In this document: piece by piece, positions 16,605 through 26,251 of the stretch
Layout of the letters: the number at the start of each line of letters is the position of its first letter
Numbering within the stretch: position 1 is the first letter of the stretch
Assembly: GCA_963704755.1 (NCBI GenBank)
Contig: OY969938.1
Coordinates: 1,770,001-1,802,000 of the forward strand
Direction of reading: 5' to 3'
DNA: 32,000 bases
Origin: an uncultured Chloroflexia bacterium
Lineage (GTDB): Bacteria; Chloroflexota; Anaerolineae; Anaerolineales; Anaerolineaceae
The notes under the pieces: generated by a model
Database searches by the model: none
What the model was told of the DNA's origin: nothing
Seen by the model: only the letters and a program-made list of their open reading frames with translations
Translations under genes and position numbers: made by a program

Positions 16605-17076
16605 GGCTCAAAACCTCCTCGGCCTGGTGGACGGCCTGGATTATTTTTGTATAACCGGTGCAGCGGCACAGGTTGCCCGCCAGCGCCTCGCGAATTTCGT
16701 CGTCGTTGGGGTGTGGGTTACGGTCGAGCAGGGCTTTGGAGGCCAAAATCATCCCGGGAGTGCAGTAACCGCATTGCACCGCCCCCGCCTCGACAAACGC
16801 CCGCTGCAAAGGGTGATACTCACCGTTTTGAGACAGGCCCTCGATGGTCTCGACCCGGCAGCCCTCGAGCTGGCCGGCCAGTACCATGCAGGAATTCACC
16901 GGCACAGCATCGACCAGCACCGTGCAGGCGCCGCACTCGCCTTCCCCCCCGCAGGCATCCTTGACCCCGGTCAGGCCCAGGTCATCCCGTAATATGTCCA
17001 AAAGAGTGCGGTTGACCGCAACGTTCAAGGAATAGGGCCGGTTATTGATGGTTAACTTAATCTCGATTCGTTTCAT
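16597..17076 (-). CDS. (2Fe-2S)-binding small subunit (CoxS/XdhC-iron-sulfur type)
   Basis: [12 protein letters not shown] and QCGYCTPGM...NLCRCTGY cysteine motifs. Confidence 0.9.
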   Translation of the reverse strand: MKRIEIKLTINNRPYSLNVAVNRTLLDILRDDLGLTGVKDACGGEGECGACTVLVDAVPVNSCMVLAGQLEGCRVETIEGLSQNGEYHPLQRAFVEAGAVQCGYCTPGMILASKALLDRNPHPNDDEIREALAGNLCRCTGYTKIIQAVHQAEEVLSHA

Positions 17077-17945
17077 CTGGTTCTCTCTCCAGCAGCCCGC
17101 TGCCAGGCTTCATTTAATACACGCGCTATGAGAATACTGCACACATGCCGGCGGTAGGCTGAGCTGGCGCGCAGGTCGTCGATGGGGGCAATGTCTTCAC
17201 CTGCCGCCTGGGCGGCTCGGGAAAATAATGGCGAACCGGCTTTTTCCCCGAGCAACGTTTCTTCAACCCGCGGGCTCCGGACCGCGGTCGGAGCCACCGA
17301 CCCCAGCGCCAGGCGAGCCGCCTGGATGCACCCGTCTGGATCGATCTCCAGATAAGCCGCGGCGCTGGCCAAAGCAATCGCCATCCCATTGCGTTTGCCT
17401 GACTTGGCGAAGGTCATCCCCCACGATCCAGTAGGGTGTTTGAAACGGACGGAATGGAGGAATTCACCAGCGGCCAGGCCGGTTTTACCCGGGCCGAGCA
17501 AAAATTTTTCGAGGGCAAGATTCCGTTCTCCAAAGGCGCTTACCAGGCAGACCTCGGCACCCAGCACCAACAACGGTGGAACCGTGTCGGCTGCCGGCGA
17601 GCCATTGACCAGGTTTCCGCCCAATGTGCCGCGTTGGCGGGTCTGCGGGCAGCCAACCGTCGCGACCGCCTCGACCAGGGCCGGTGAAACGGATTGCAGC
17701 CGGGATGAGGATAAAATGTCGGCGTGGGTTGCCAGCGCACCGATTTCGATATACCCGGCGGATTCGCGGATAAAGCGCAGTTCATCCAACTGACTGATAT
17801 CGACCAGGTGGTCCACGGTATAGGTCCCCCGGCGCAGCCTGGGAAGGATATCGGTGCCACCGGCCACGATGCGCAACCCTTTCAGTTCGAGCAGCGGAAA
17901 TAATTCGGCGATGGAAGCCGGGCGGTAATATTCGAATTCTTGCAT
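17073..17945 (-). CDS. FAD-binding medium subunit (CoxM/XdhB type)
   Basis: FEYYRPASIAE...IVAGGTDILP...GTLGGNL...ASSAYRRHV. It overlaps the next gene by 4 nt. Confidence 0.9.
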   Translation of the reverse strand: MQEFEYYRPASIAELFPLLELKGLRIVAGGTDILPRLRRGTYTVDHLVDISQLDELRFIRESAGYIEIGALATHADILSSSRLQSVSPALVEAVATVGCPQTRQRGTLGGNLVNGSPAADTVPPLLVLGAEVCLVSAFGERNLALEKFLLGPGKTGLAAGEFLHSVRFKHPTGSWGMTFAKSGKRNGMAIALASAAAYLEIDPDGCIQAARLALGSVAPTAVRSPRVEETLLGEKAGSPLFSRAAQAAGEDIAPIDDLRASSAYRRHVCSILIARVLNEAWQRAAGERTR

Positions 17946-17951
17946 TGAAAT

Positions 17952-18692
17952 TTATCCTCGTTGCATCAACAGTCTGAAATTAATCACGTCCCGATTGAAA
18001 TAATTCATCGAAAATGCAATTGGCCTGGTCTGGGTGACATCCAAAAAGGTCTCCATCATCAGTAAGGCCGGCGTCCCGGAGGGGCAGCCAAATGTCTGGG
18101 CAACCTCTCCAATCGCTTCCACGGAAGAAATATCGACCAATACATACTCCACGTGCATGCCCGAAACGCGATCCAGAAAGCGCATGAAGCCTTCCCCCTC
18201 AATCGACAGGTCGTATTGGCCAACCATGTTGGACGGCAAATAATCTTTGGTGAACATGGCCGGCCGCTCATCGGCGTAAAAGATCATGGTATGGCAAATC
18301 GCGTTCGCATCCGCCGGGAGCTTGAGTGCATTACGAGCCGCTTCCGGTGCTGCCACCTCGGTGGCGGAAACATATTTTGCGCTGGGGCTGAACCCAGCCC
18401 ACTTGAGCAAATCCCGATTTTCATAGAAGGTATCCAGCATATAGTTGAAGCGGTTGGACAGCTTGGATACGTAAGTCCCATGCCCGAGTTCCCGCACGAT
18501 CAGGCCCTCTTTGGCCAATTGATCGAAAGCCTGCCGTACTGTGTTGCGGCTCAATTCATATTTCTGCATCAAGGCTCGTTCGGAAGGCAGGATTTCGCCC
18601 GCCTTTAATTCACCGATCCGAATCTGCTCCCGCAAGAGCTGGGCCAGTTGATAATACATTGGAATTAGCGAGCGCCGGTCAATAGCGGCCAT
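17952..18692 (-). CDS. GntR-family transcriptional regulator with UTRA-type effector domain
   Basis: From ATG 18692 (SD GAAGGTGA) the protein reads MAAIDRRSLIPMYYQLAQLLREQI..GELKAGEILPSERALMQKYELSRNTVRQAFDQLAKEGLI. The stop is 6 nt before the coxM-like start. Confidence 0.85.
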   Translation of the reverse strand: MAAIDRRSLIPMYYQLAQLLREQIRIGELKAGEILPSERALMQKYELSRNTVRQAFDQLAKEGLIVRELGHGTYVSKLSNRFNYMLDTFYENRDLLKWAGFSPSAKYVSATEVAAPEAARNALKLPADANAICHTMIFYADERPAMFTKDYLPSNMVGQYDLSIEGEGFMRFLDRVSGMHVEYVLVDISSVEAIGEVAQTFGCPSGTPALLMMETFLDVTQTRPIAFSMNYFNRDVINFRLLMQRG

Positions 18693-18955
18693 TTTAATCA
18701 CCTTCACAAAGTGGTTGGTACATCCCATCCACTTTCTATTTTAGCGATTCTTGGGGTGATTTCAAGTCTGATTTTTGGCGAATACGGGCCGGCCCTGGCG
18801 CTTCGCTATTCTTAACAATTGAATAAACGGAACTTCTCAGGCTCCTGTAAAAAAGTCCCCGGATTTGAGGTGTTCGCGGGGGTCTAACCGCTGCGAACAC
18901 CTCAAATTCGAGTTTCATCCCGGTAGTCCGAGCAGTCACGCACAAAAACTGATTA

Positions 18956-18985
18956 TTGAACTCTTAAAATTATATTTGCTATAAT
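18956..18985 (+). promoter_or_regulatory. Sigma-70-like promoter of the LacI-family gene
   Basis: TTGAAC (18956-18961), an 18-nt spacer, then TATAAT (18980-18985). Confidence 0.55.
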
Positions 18986-19021
18986 GTTATCGTTCCCGTT
19001 ATCGATAACGGGAACGATAAC
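18986..19021. promoter_or_regulatory. 36-bp perfect palindrome, probable LacI-family operator
   Basis: gttatcgttcccgttatc|gataacgggaacgataac starts immediately after the -10 box and ends 10 nt before ATG 19032. The centre ttatCGataa has the central-CG signature of LacI/GalR operators. Confidence 0.6.
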
Positions 19022-19031
19022 GGGGAGGAAA

Positions 19032-20078
19032 ATGTCTCAACGGGTGATGAGAGCGACAATTAAGGAAGTTGCATCTGTGGCGGGTGTGTCCACACAGACT
19101 GTATCAAGGGTTATTAATGAGAGACCCGACGTTTCCTCAGAAACTCGAAAACGGGTTCAAGAAGTTATCAATGATTTAGGCTACCAACCCAGCGCTCTGG
19201 CACGCAGTTTAATCCAGCAACGCAGCTATACGCTTGGCGTGGCTACGGCCGGATTGCGCTATATTGGACCTTCGAGAACATTAAGTGGTATTGCATCGGC
19301 GGCGGAAGAAGCGGGCTATTCTGTCCTGCTCAAAGAACTTCCGGGGTTTCATGCCAATAATATTGCGCCGATCATTCAAGCGTTTATCTCTCGTCATGTC
19401 GACGGCATTATCTGGGCAGTTCCTGAAATTGGGGATAATCACGACTGGATCGCCAGTCAATCACTGAACCTGGATATTCCGCTTGTCTATATCACCATGG
19501 AACCGCGCCAGGGCAGTTCGGTAGTTTGCATAGACAATTACTTAGGCGGGCGGATGGCCGTATCCCACCTTCTCGAACAGGGATACAAACACATCGCCCA
19601 CCTTTCGGGACCAATGGACTGGTGGGAAGCGCGCCAGCGTAAAGCCGCGTGGGAAGATGCGCTGACCGATCACGGGCTGGAGGTAAGCGACGCCTATTGG
19701 GCAGAAGGGAACTGGTCATCCTCGAGCGGCGTTCCGGCCTTCGAGCAAATCCTTGAGCAATACCCGCAGATGGATTCGATTTTCGTCGGCAACGACCAAA
19801 TGGCGCTCGGTGTGATCCAGGTAGCCCACCAGCGAGGACTGCGAATTCCGGAAGATATCGGGGTAGTCGGTTTTGACAACATTCCCAAATCCCCTTTTTT
19901 CTCCCCTCCGCTGACCACTATACAGCAGGATCAACACAACCAGGCAAAATTGACCGTAGAAGAAGTTATCAGAATAATTAAATCGGGCTGGAGGGGACAG
20001 GAACCTGACGAACCACGCACCATCGTACTTCCACCCAATCTTGTCGTTCGTCAAAGCACACTGCTAAAAAAGGGGTAG
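19032..20078 (+). CDS. LacI-family transcriptional regulator
   Basis: SD GGGGAGGA precedes the start. The HTH is ATIKEVASVAGVSTQTVSRVIN and is followed by a periplasmic-binding-protein-like sugar-binding core. The gene ends in TAG. Confidence 0.9.
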   Translation: MSQRVMRATIKEVASVAGVSTQTVSRVINERPDVSSETRKRVQEVINDLGYQPSALARSLIQQRSYTLGVATAGLRYIGPSRTLSGIASAAEEAGYSVLLKELPGFHANNIAPIIQAFISRHVDGIIWAVPEIGDNHDWIASQSLNLDIPLVYITMEPRQGSSVVCIDNYLGGRMAVSHLLEQGYKHIAHLSGPMDWWEARQRKAAWEDALTDHGLEVSDAYWAEGNWSSSSGVPAFEQILEQYPQMDSIFVGNDQMALGVIQVAHQRGLRIPEDIGVVGFDNIPKSPFFSPPLTTIQQDQHNQAKLTVEEVIRIIKSGWRGQEPDEPRTIVLPPNLVVRQSTLLKKG

Positions 20079-20134
20079 GGGAAAAGGAGGAGAATTCGAC
20101 ATAAGCAGAATGTAAAACCTGGATAATTAAAGAT

Positions 20135-20176
20135 GAAGTGCTTGCGCAGAGATTGGCGTTTCCAGGCAAGCACTTC
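20135..20176. repeat. 11-bp inverted repeat with a 20-nt spacer between lacI-like and the transporter genes
   Basis: gaagtgcttgc (20135-20145) / gcaagcacttc (20166-20176), with no T-run after it. Confidence 0.6.
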
Positions 20177-20280
20177 GGGCGAGTAGAATGTCATGCTTGT
20201 GATGGCACTCTCGTGTGCTCCATTATAACGCCTAAGATCCCCATAAAGAAAACAATTGAATTCTATTAGGAGAGAAGACC

Positions 20281-21321
20281 ATGTTTCGTATCAAAACGAT
20301 CGCTTTTCTCGTTGTAGCCATTGCGCTGGTTCTCGGCGGATGTGCACAACCCGCGGCCACGACCGCGCCCACAACCGCACCGGCTGCACCTGCTGATACG
20401 GCTGTATCTGCCCCGTTTGGTGAGGCTGCCTGCGGACCTAATTGCCAAAACTCCGATATGGTACTTTGCTTCCCCCAGCTTGGTGCCGAAAGTGACTGGC
20501 GCACGGCTGATACCGCTTCCTTCAAGCAGACAGCCGACGAATTGAAGATCAAGCAATTGGTTTTCTCCGATGCCCAGCAGAAACAGGAAAATCAGATCTC
20601 GGCTGTACGGGCCTGCATCCAGCAGGGCGTTAGCGTTATCGCGCTGCCCCCAGTGGTTGAGGATGGTTGGGACGCTGTTTTGACCGAAGCCCACAATGCC
20701 GGCATCCCGGTGATTATTGTGGACCGCACCGTGAGTGCCGATCCGTCCTTATACGCAGCTCACATCGGTTCCGATATGGAATTGGAAGGCAAACGCGCTG
20801 CTGCAGAGTTCAATAAACTCCTGCCCGATGGCGGCGCAATCCTCGAGGTCTCTGGAACCACCGGTTCCGGCGCTGCGGTTGGCCGTGCAAAAGGCTTCCG
20901 CGAAGCCCTCAATTCCAACATCAAGATCCTGGATTCCCAGACGGGTAACTTCACCCGCGCCGAAGCCCTCCCTGTTGTGCAGGCTTTCTTGCAGAAATAC
21001 AAATACGGTACCGACTTCCAGGGTATCTTCTTCCACAATGACGATATGGGTATTGGTGGTATCGAAGCCTTGAAGGCCGCTGGCGTAAATCCTGGCGATC
21101 TCAAGATCGTATCTGTAGATGGCACGCGCGGTGGTTTCCAGGCGATGGTCGATGGCTGGTTCCAGGCTGATGTCGAATGCAATCCTTTACTCGGACCGCA
21201 GGTCTTCGACATGGCTCTGAAACTCATGAATGGCCAACCGATTGACAAAGAAGTACTCACCAACGAGACGGTCTATTATCCGGACAACGCTGCCGAATTG
21301 TTGCCGACACGTCAATATTAA
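20281..21321 (+). CDS. Sugar ABC transporter substrate-binding lipoprotein (YtfQ-like)
   Basis: Signal peptide with lipobox LVLGGC, an Ala/Pro/Thr linker and a type-I periplasmic-binding fold pattern. It is followed by a two-domain ATPase and two permeases, as in ytfQRT-yjfF. Confidence 0.85.
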   Translation: MFRIKTIAFLVVAIALVLGGCAQPAATTAPTTAPAAPADTAVSAPFGEAACGPNCQNSDMVLCFPQLGAESDWRTADTASFKQTADELKIKQLVFSDAQQKQENQISAVRACIQQGVSVIALPPVVEDGWDAVLTEAHNAGIPVIIVDRTVSADPSLYAAHIGSDMELEGKRAAAEFNKLLPDGGAILEVSGTTGSGAAVGRAKGFREALNSNIKILDSQTGNFTRAEALPVVQAFLQKYKYGTDFQGIFFHNDDMGIGGIEALKAAGVNPGDLKIVSVDGTRGGFQAMVDGWFQADVECNPLLGPQVFDMALKLMNGQPIDKEVLTNETVYYPDNAAELLPTRQY

Positions 21322-21373
21322 AAATTGACTGTCTGAGCAAAGTCCATGCCTATGCGCGTGGATTAGTCTAGTC

Positions 21374-21414
21374 GATAGAGAAGCGGCAAGAAACACTATT
21401 GTCGCTTCTCTATC
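21374..21414 (+). other. Intra-operon stem-loop after the binding-protein gene
   Basis: Perfect 12-bp stem gatagagaagcg / cgcttctctatc with a 17-nt loop. This arrangement is typical of mRNA-stabilising hairpins behind SBP genes. Confidence 0.5.
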
Positions 21415-21455
21415 CTAAAAAGATAAATAGATTGTTCACAAACACAGGTTATACG

Positions 21456-22970
21456 ATGGCAGACACTCAGAATGTTGTTGTAATGAAGGCAATTTCCAAA
21501 TCCTTTCCGGGTGTAGTTGCCCTTGAGAATGTCGATTTTGATCTGAGAAAGGGGGAAATTCATGCTTTGATGGGGGAAAATGGGGCTGGAAAATCAACCC
21601 TCATCAAGGTTCTGACGGGTGTGGAACAACCTGATACCGGCACAATTGAACTGAATGGGAAAATTATCCAGGTACGATCACCACAACATTCTCAAGAACT
21701 TGGCATCAGTACAGTTTATCAAGAGGTCAATCTCTGTACCAATATTTCCGTCGCAGAAAATATCATGCTGGGGCATGAACCATACCGATTTGGGACCATC
21801 GATTGGCGCAAGACGCATGAAATGGCCTCCCAGGCAATTAAACGACTGGGCATTGAGGTGGATGTTACCCAGCCATTGGGAAATTATTCGGTCGCTATCC
21901 AACAGATGGTTGCCATTACCCGCGCTTTGGCCGTCCAGTCTGCCAAAGTGCTGATTTTAGACGAACCGACCTCCAGTCTGGATATTCACGAAACGAACCT
22001 GCTCTTTGAAGTTATGAATAGATTGAAGGGCGAAGGCATCGGAATTATTTTTATAACGCATTTTCTGGATCAGGTCTATCAAGTTGCCGATCGGATCACG
22101 GTTCTGCGCAACGGCAAGCTGGTTGGCACATTCGAGGCTGCCTCGCTGCCGCGCGTGGAACTGGTTGCCAAAATGTTGGGGCGCAGTTTGATCGAGTTGG
22201 ATGCAATATCCAAGGAGAAATCTCTGGAGGGCGACAAGAAAGATAAAGAACACGTGGTGGAAGCCAGGGGGCTGGGACTGAAAGGGTCGCTGGAGCCGAT
22301 GGACCTGGAATTAAATGCCCATGAGATTTTAGGAATTGCTGGCCTGTTAGGCTCGGGACGGACCGAGATGGCCGGTTTGATCTTCGGAATTGATTCTCCG
22401 GATAGTGGGTCGTTGGAGGTATCCGGTGAAAAGGTAACCAGTTTTTCTCCCCTCGAATCGCTGAAACGCGGAATTGCCCTGTGCCCTGAAGACCGTAAGG
22501 CACAAGGCATCGTAGGGGATTTGACTATTCGCGAAAATATCATCCTGGCTTTGCAGGCCCGCTATGGCTGGTTCAAATTCATGTCCAGGCCCAAGCAGGA
22601 TGAAATTGCCGAGAAGTATATTAAATTATTGGGAATCGTCACCCCTTCACCTGATCAACTGGTAAAGAATTTAAGCGGTGGTAATCAACAGAAGGTCATC
22701 CTTGCTCGCTGGCTTGCAACGGATCCAAAAGTTTTGATTTTGGATGAACCCACCCGAGGTATCGACGTGGGCGCCAAAACAGAGATTCAAAAACTGGTAT
22801 TGGAACTGGCAGAGGAGGGAAAATCGTGTGTGTTCATCTCCTCTGAGATGGAAGAAGTGCTTCGTATTAGCGACCGGATTGCGGTGATGCGTGACCGCAA
22901 AAAGGTCGCTGAATATCCCGGCGGTGTGGACGACCAGACCCTGATTCATACCATGGCAGGAGAATCATGA
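21456..22970 (+). CDS. Sugar ABC transporter ATP-binding protein with duplicated ABC domains (YtfR-like)
   Basis: Start is ATG 21456 (MADTQNVVVMKAISKSF). Walker A GENGAGKST, signature LSGGNQQK, Walker B ILDEPT in both halves. Confidence 0.9.
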   Translation: MADTQNVVVMKAISKSFPGVVALENVDFDLRKGEIHALMGENGAGKSTLIKVLTGVEQPDTGTIELNGKIIQVRSPQHSQELGISTVYQEVNLCTNISVAENIMLGHEPYRFGTIDWRKTHEMASQAIKRLGIEVDVTQPLGNYSVAIQQMVAITRALAVQSAKVLILDEPTSSLDIHETNLLFEVMNRLKGEGIGIIFITHFLDQVYQVADRITVLRNGKLVGTFEAASLPRVELVAKMLGRSLIELDAISKEKSLEGDKKDKEHVVEARGLGLKGSLEPMDLELNAHEILGIAGLLGSGRTEMAGLIFGIDSPDSGSLEVSGEKVTSFSPLESLKRGIALCPEDRKAQGIVGDLTIRENIILALQARYGWFKFMSRPKQDEIAEKYIKLLGIVTPSPDQLVKNLSGGNQQKVILARWLATDPKVLILDEPTRGIDVGAKTEIQKLVLELAEEGKSCVFISSEMEEVLRISDRIAVMRDRKKVAEYPGGVDDQTLIHTMAGES

Positions 22971-24055
22971 AACAGAATTTCTTTAAGCGCATCCGCGAAA
23001 ACCGGTTATTCTGGCCGTTGACGGCTTGGATCCTGATCCTGGTATTTGACGCCATCGTTGAACCAAGTTTCTTCAAACTCGGCATCATTCAAGATCCTGT
23101 GTACGGAAATCATTTGTACGGCAACCTCATCGATATCTTCAACAATGGGGCGCCGCTCATGCTGGTGGCCATTGGTATGACTTTGGTGATTGCCACGGGC
23201 GGTATCGACCTCTCTGTCGGAGCCGTGATCGCGATCTCGGCAGCCATGGGGGCAGTCCTGATCAATCCCGCGCTGGGCAATCAATTGATCTCGAACCAGA
23301 TTCTGACCCGCGACGCGACAAACACTCCGCTGGCGCTCATCGTCCTGGCCGATTTGGCAGCCGGTACACTCTGCGGGTTATGGAATGGCATACTCGTTTC
23401 CAGGGCAAAGATCCAGCCCATGGTTGCCACCTTGATTCTGATGGTTGCCGGTCGCGGAATCGCCCAGTTGATCACCAACGGGCAAATCATGACGATTTAC
23501 TACTCGCCCTATTTCTGGTTTGGAAATGGCTTTATCCTCGGCCTGCCCGTCTCGATTTATATCGTCGCTTTAGTCCTGGTCCTGGGTTGGATTCTGGTGC
23601 GAAAGACAGCCATCGGCCTGTTCATCGAGTCGGTTGGACTGAATGCCAAATCGACCTATTTTAGCGGCATCAACGAAAAGAACGTCAAGTTGTTAGCCTA
23701 TATGTTCTGCGGTTTTTGCGGCGCAATCGCCGGCTTGATCCTGAGTTCTTACGTCCACAGCGCAGATGGGAACAACAATGGCTTGAACTATGAGTTAGAC
23801 GCCATCCTGGCAGTCGTCATGGGCGGGACCCTGATGACCGGCGGGCGGTTTTCCATGCTCGCCAGCGCAATAGGCGCGGTCGTTATCTGGACTTTCACGG
23901 TCACGGTTTATAGCCTGGGTGTACCGGCCAATGCCTTGTTAGCTGCAAAGGCAGTGTTGGTCTTGCTGGTTATCCTGCTCTACTCCGATTACTCCCGCCG
24001 TTTGATGAATCGAATATTCGAGCGAAGAGGATCTCAGCATGGCACAACGAACTAA
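22967..24055 (+). CDS. Sugar ABC transporter permease (YtfT-like)
   Basis: 362 aa and multi-span hydrophobic. The ATGA start overlaps the ATPase stop. Confidence 0.85.
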   Translation: MKQNFFKRIRENRLFWPLTAWILILVFDAIVEPSFFKLGIIQDPVYGNHLYGNLIDIFNNGAPLMLVAIGMTLVIATGGIDLSVGAVIAISAAMGAVLINPALGNQLISNQILTRDATNTPLALIVLADLAAGTLCGLWNGILVSRAKIQPMVATLILMVAGRGIAQLITNGQIMTIYYSPYFWFGNGFILGLPVSIYIVALVLVLGWILVRKTAIGLFIESVGLNAKSTYFSGINEKNVKLLAYMFCGFCGAIAGLILSSYVHSADGNNNGLNYELDAILAVVMGGTLMTGGRFSMLASAIGAVVIWTFTVTVYSLGVPANALLAAKAVLVLLVILLYSDYSRRLMNRIFERRGSQHGTTN

Positions 24056-25025
24056 AATATTCTTTTTGCGTTTTGGCCCACTCCTCCTGACCTTTGCGGT
24101 CTTCCTCCTGGCTTATTTTGTTGGCGGTCAACTGTACCCCACCATGCAGAAGCCACAGGTGTTTTTCAATCTGTTCATCAATGACAACAGCCTGTTGCTG
24201 GTTTCGATTGGGATGACGATGGTGATCCTGAGCGGTGGGGGTGGGATTGACCTTTCGGTGGGTGGAATGATTGCCCTGGTCAGCACAGCCTCAGCCGCAC
24301 TGCTCCGGCTCGGCGTAAGCCCGTACATCGTCATTCCTTTGATGATCGTGATAGGGGTTGCGTTCGGGGGCCTGATGGGCTGGATCATTCAAACGCTCAA
24401 GGTACAGCCGTTCATCGCCACGCTGATGGGCCTTTTCTTCGCCCGCGGGATGGCCTACATCATCAGCCTGACCTCGGTAACGATTACGGATCCGGTTTAC
24501 AAGAAACTGGCCTTGACCCCCATCTATATCCCCTTCTTCGAAAAAGCGTATGTCTATCCTACAGCTTTGGTGGGTCCCATCATGTTGGTGGTGGCGATTT
24601 ACCTGAGCTTTTTCACCCGCTTTGGGCGCACGATCTACGCTATGGGCAATAATGAGCAATCCGCAATCCTGATGGGCCTGTCGGTCGCGCGCACAAAGAT
24701 TATGGTTTATGCCTTCAGCGGCCTGTGTTCGGCTCTGGCAGGGATTGTCTTCAGCATGTCACTGCTGGCCGGTTATGGACAGTTTGCGACCGGCATGGAG
24801 CTGGACTCAATTGCCGCTATCGTAATTGGAGGAACCTCGCTATTTGGCGGTATCGGGAATGTGATTGGCACCTTGTTTGGTGTAATGATCCACGGCACCA
24901 TTGTGTCCATTCTGCAGTTCAATGGCACATTGAGCTCGTGGTGGACCCGCATTGGTGTTGGCTTACTCACCTTACTCGCCATCGGGATTCAGAGCATATT
25001 CACAATCAGGAAGAAACACTCATAA
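24039..25025 (+). CDS. Sugar ABC transporter permease (YjfF-like)
   Basis: 328 aa and multi-span hydrophobic. It overlaps the previous permease gene by 17 nt. Confidence 0.85.
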   Translation: MAQRTKIFFLRFGPLLLTFAVFLLAYFVGGQLYPTMQKPQVFFNLFINDNSLLLVSIGMTMVILSGGGGIDLSVGGMIALVSTASAALLRLGVSPYIVIPLMIVIGVAFGGLMGWIIQTLKVQPFIATLMGLFFARGMAYIISLTSVTITDPVYKKLALTPIYIPFFEKAYVYPTALVGPIMLVVAIYLSFFTRFGRTIYAMGNNEQSAILMGLSVARTKIMVYAFSGLCSALAGIVFSMSLLAGYGQFATGMELDSIAAIVIGGTSLFGGIGNVIGTLFGVMIHGTIVSILQFNGTLSSWWTRIGVGLLTLLAIGIQSIFTIRKKHS

Positions 25026-25091
25026 GCAAGCCGGGAGTGCGGTCTGTACTTCTCTCTTGCCGGCCACGAAAGAATCTTCAAGGGTAGAGGC

Positions 25092-26204
25092 ATGGGATCA
25101 AATCAAACCACGGTCAAGCTAGAAATCAATCTCAAAGAGGAGCGCATCCATGGGCTGCTCGCCCGTACCGGGCTGGATGCGCTCCTGCTCCAACGGTACA
25201 GTAATTTTGCCTGGGCAACCTGCGGCGCATCCTGCTACATCAATACCGCGGATACATTTGGCAACGCCAGTCTGCTGATCACGCCGGCCGGGCGATTTGT
25301 CCTGACCGATAATATCGAAGCCCCCCGCTTGATGCAGGAAGAGGGCCTGGCCGATCAAGGCTGGGAATTTGTGACCTCCCCCTGGTATGAACGCAAAGAC
25401 AACGTCTCTGCACTGACCCGCGGGCTGAAATTAGGGGCGGATAGCTGCTTCCCAAATGCAAAAGAATTAGCCGCAGAAATTGCTGCCTTGCGCTTTGACT
25501 TGACCCAAGAAGAGGGGGACCGGTTCCGGGCCCTGGCTAAATTATGCGCCGAAGGCATGCGAGAGGCGATCGAGTTTTTGCGGCCCGGTTTGACCGAATA
25601 CGAAATTGCGGGATTGCTTTCAAGGGCAGTCGAAAGCCGGGGCGTGCAAGCCATCGTTAACTTGATCTCGACCGATGAGCGCATCTTTGCCTATCGCCAT
25701 CCTTTGCCCGGCTCGAAAAAGCTGCAACGGTACGCCATGCTCATTCTGTGCGGGCGTAAATGGGGATTGATCTGTTCGCTCAGCCGCCTGGTCCATTTCG
25801 GGCCCATGCCGGCCGAGGTACGCCGCAAAGCCGAAGCCGTCGCCAAAATTGACGCGGCTATGATTGCGGCGACTCGTCCCGGTGCGACCCTGGGCGACGT
25901 GTTCCATCAGGCCCAATCCGCTTACGCGTCATTCGGCTACCCTGATGAATGGAAGCTTCATCACCAGGGCGGAATGGCAGGGTATGAACCGCGCGAAATT
26001 ACAGCGGCACCTTCATCTACCCAGCCGGTTGTCCCTGGCCAGGCCTATGCCTGGAATCCTTCGATCGCCGGTACAAAGTCGGAAGACACAATTCTGGTGC
26101 ACGAGAATTCCAACGAAATTTTGACAGAGATGAAAGATTGGCCAACCACGGAAATACAAATTGGCAGGCAATGGATTAAACGGCCGGCCATCCTCGAGAA
26201 ATAA
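25092..26204 (+). CDS. M24-family metallopeptidase / creatinase-like (Xaa-Pro peptidase fold)
   Basis: The N-terminal creatinase-like part is followed by a pita-bread-type C-terminal part (YRHPLPG, HHQGGMAGYEPRE, EDTILV). Confidence 0.7.
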   Translation: MGSNQTTVKLEINLKEERIHGLLARTGLDALLLQRYSNFAWATCGASCYINTADTFGNASLLITPAGRFVLTDNIEAPRLMQEEGLADQGWEFVTSPWYERKDNVSALTRGLKLGADSCFPNAKELAAEIAALRFDLTQEEGDRFRALAKLCAEGMREAIEFLRPGLTEYEIAGLLSRAVESRGVQAIVNLISTDERIFAYRHPLPGSKKLQRYAMLILCGRKWGLICSLSRLVHFGPMPAEVRRKAEAVAKIDAAMIAATRPGATLGDVFHQAQSAYASFGYPDEWKLHHQGGMAGYEPREITAAPSSTQPVVPGQAYAWNPSIAGTKSEDTILVHENSNEILTEMKDWPTTEIQIGRQWIKRPAILEK

Positions 26205-26251
26205 TGGCGTATTTTGACAAATCGACTTCGGATCAAGGAAGATGAAAATGA

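Noticed and set aside
14325-17945. Calling the three-subunit molybdoenzyme a carbon-monoxide dehydrogenase (coxMSL).
   Set aside because: Only the family architecture is evident. I did not find the CODH-specific active-site loop, so the names are used only as '-like'.
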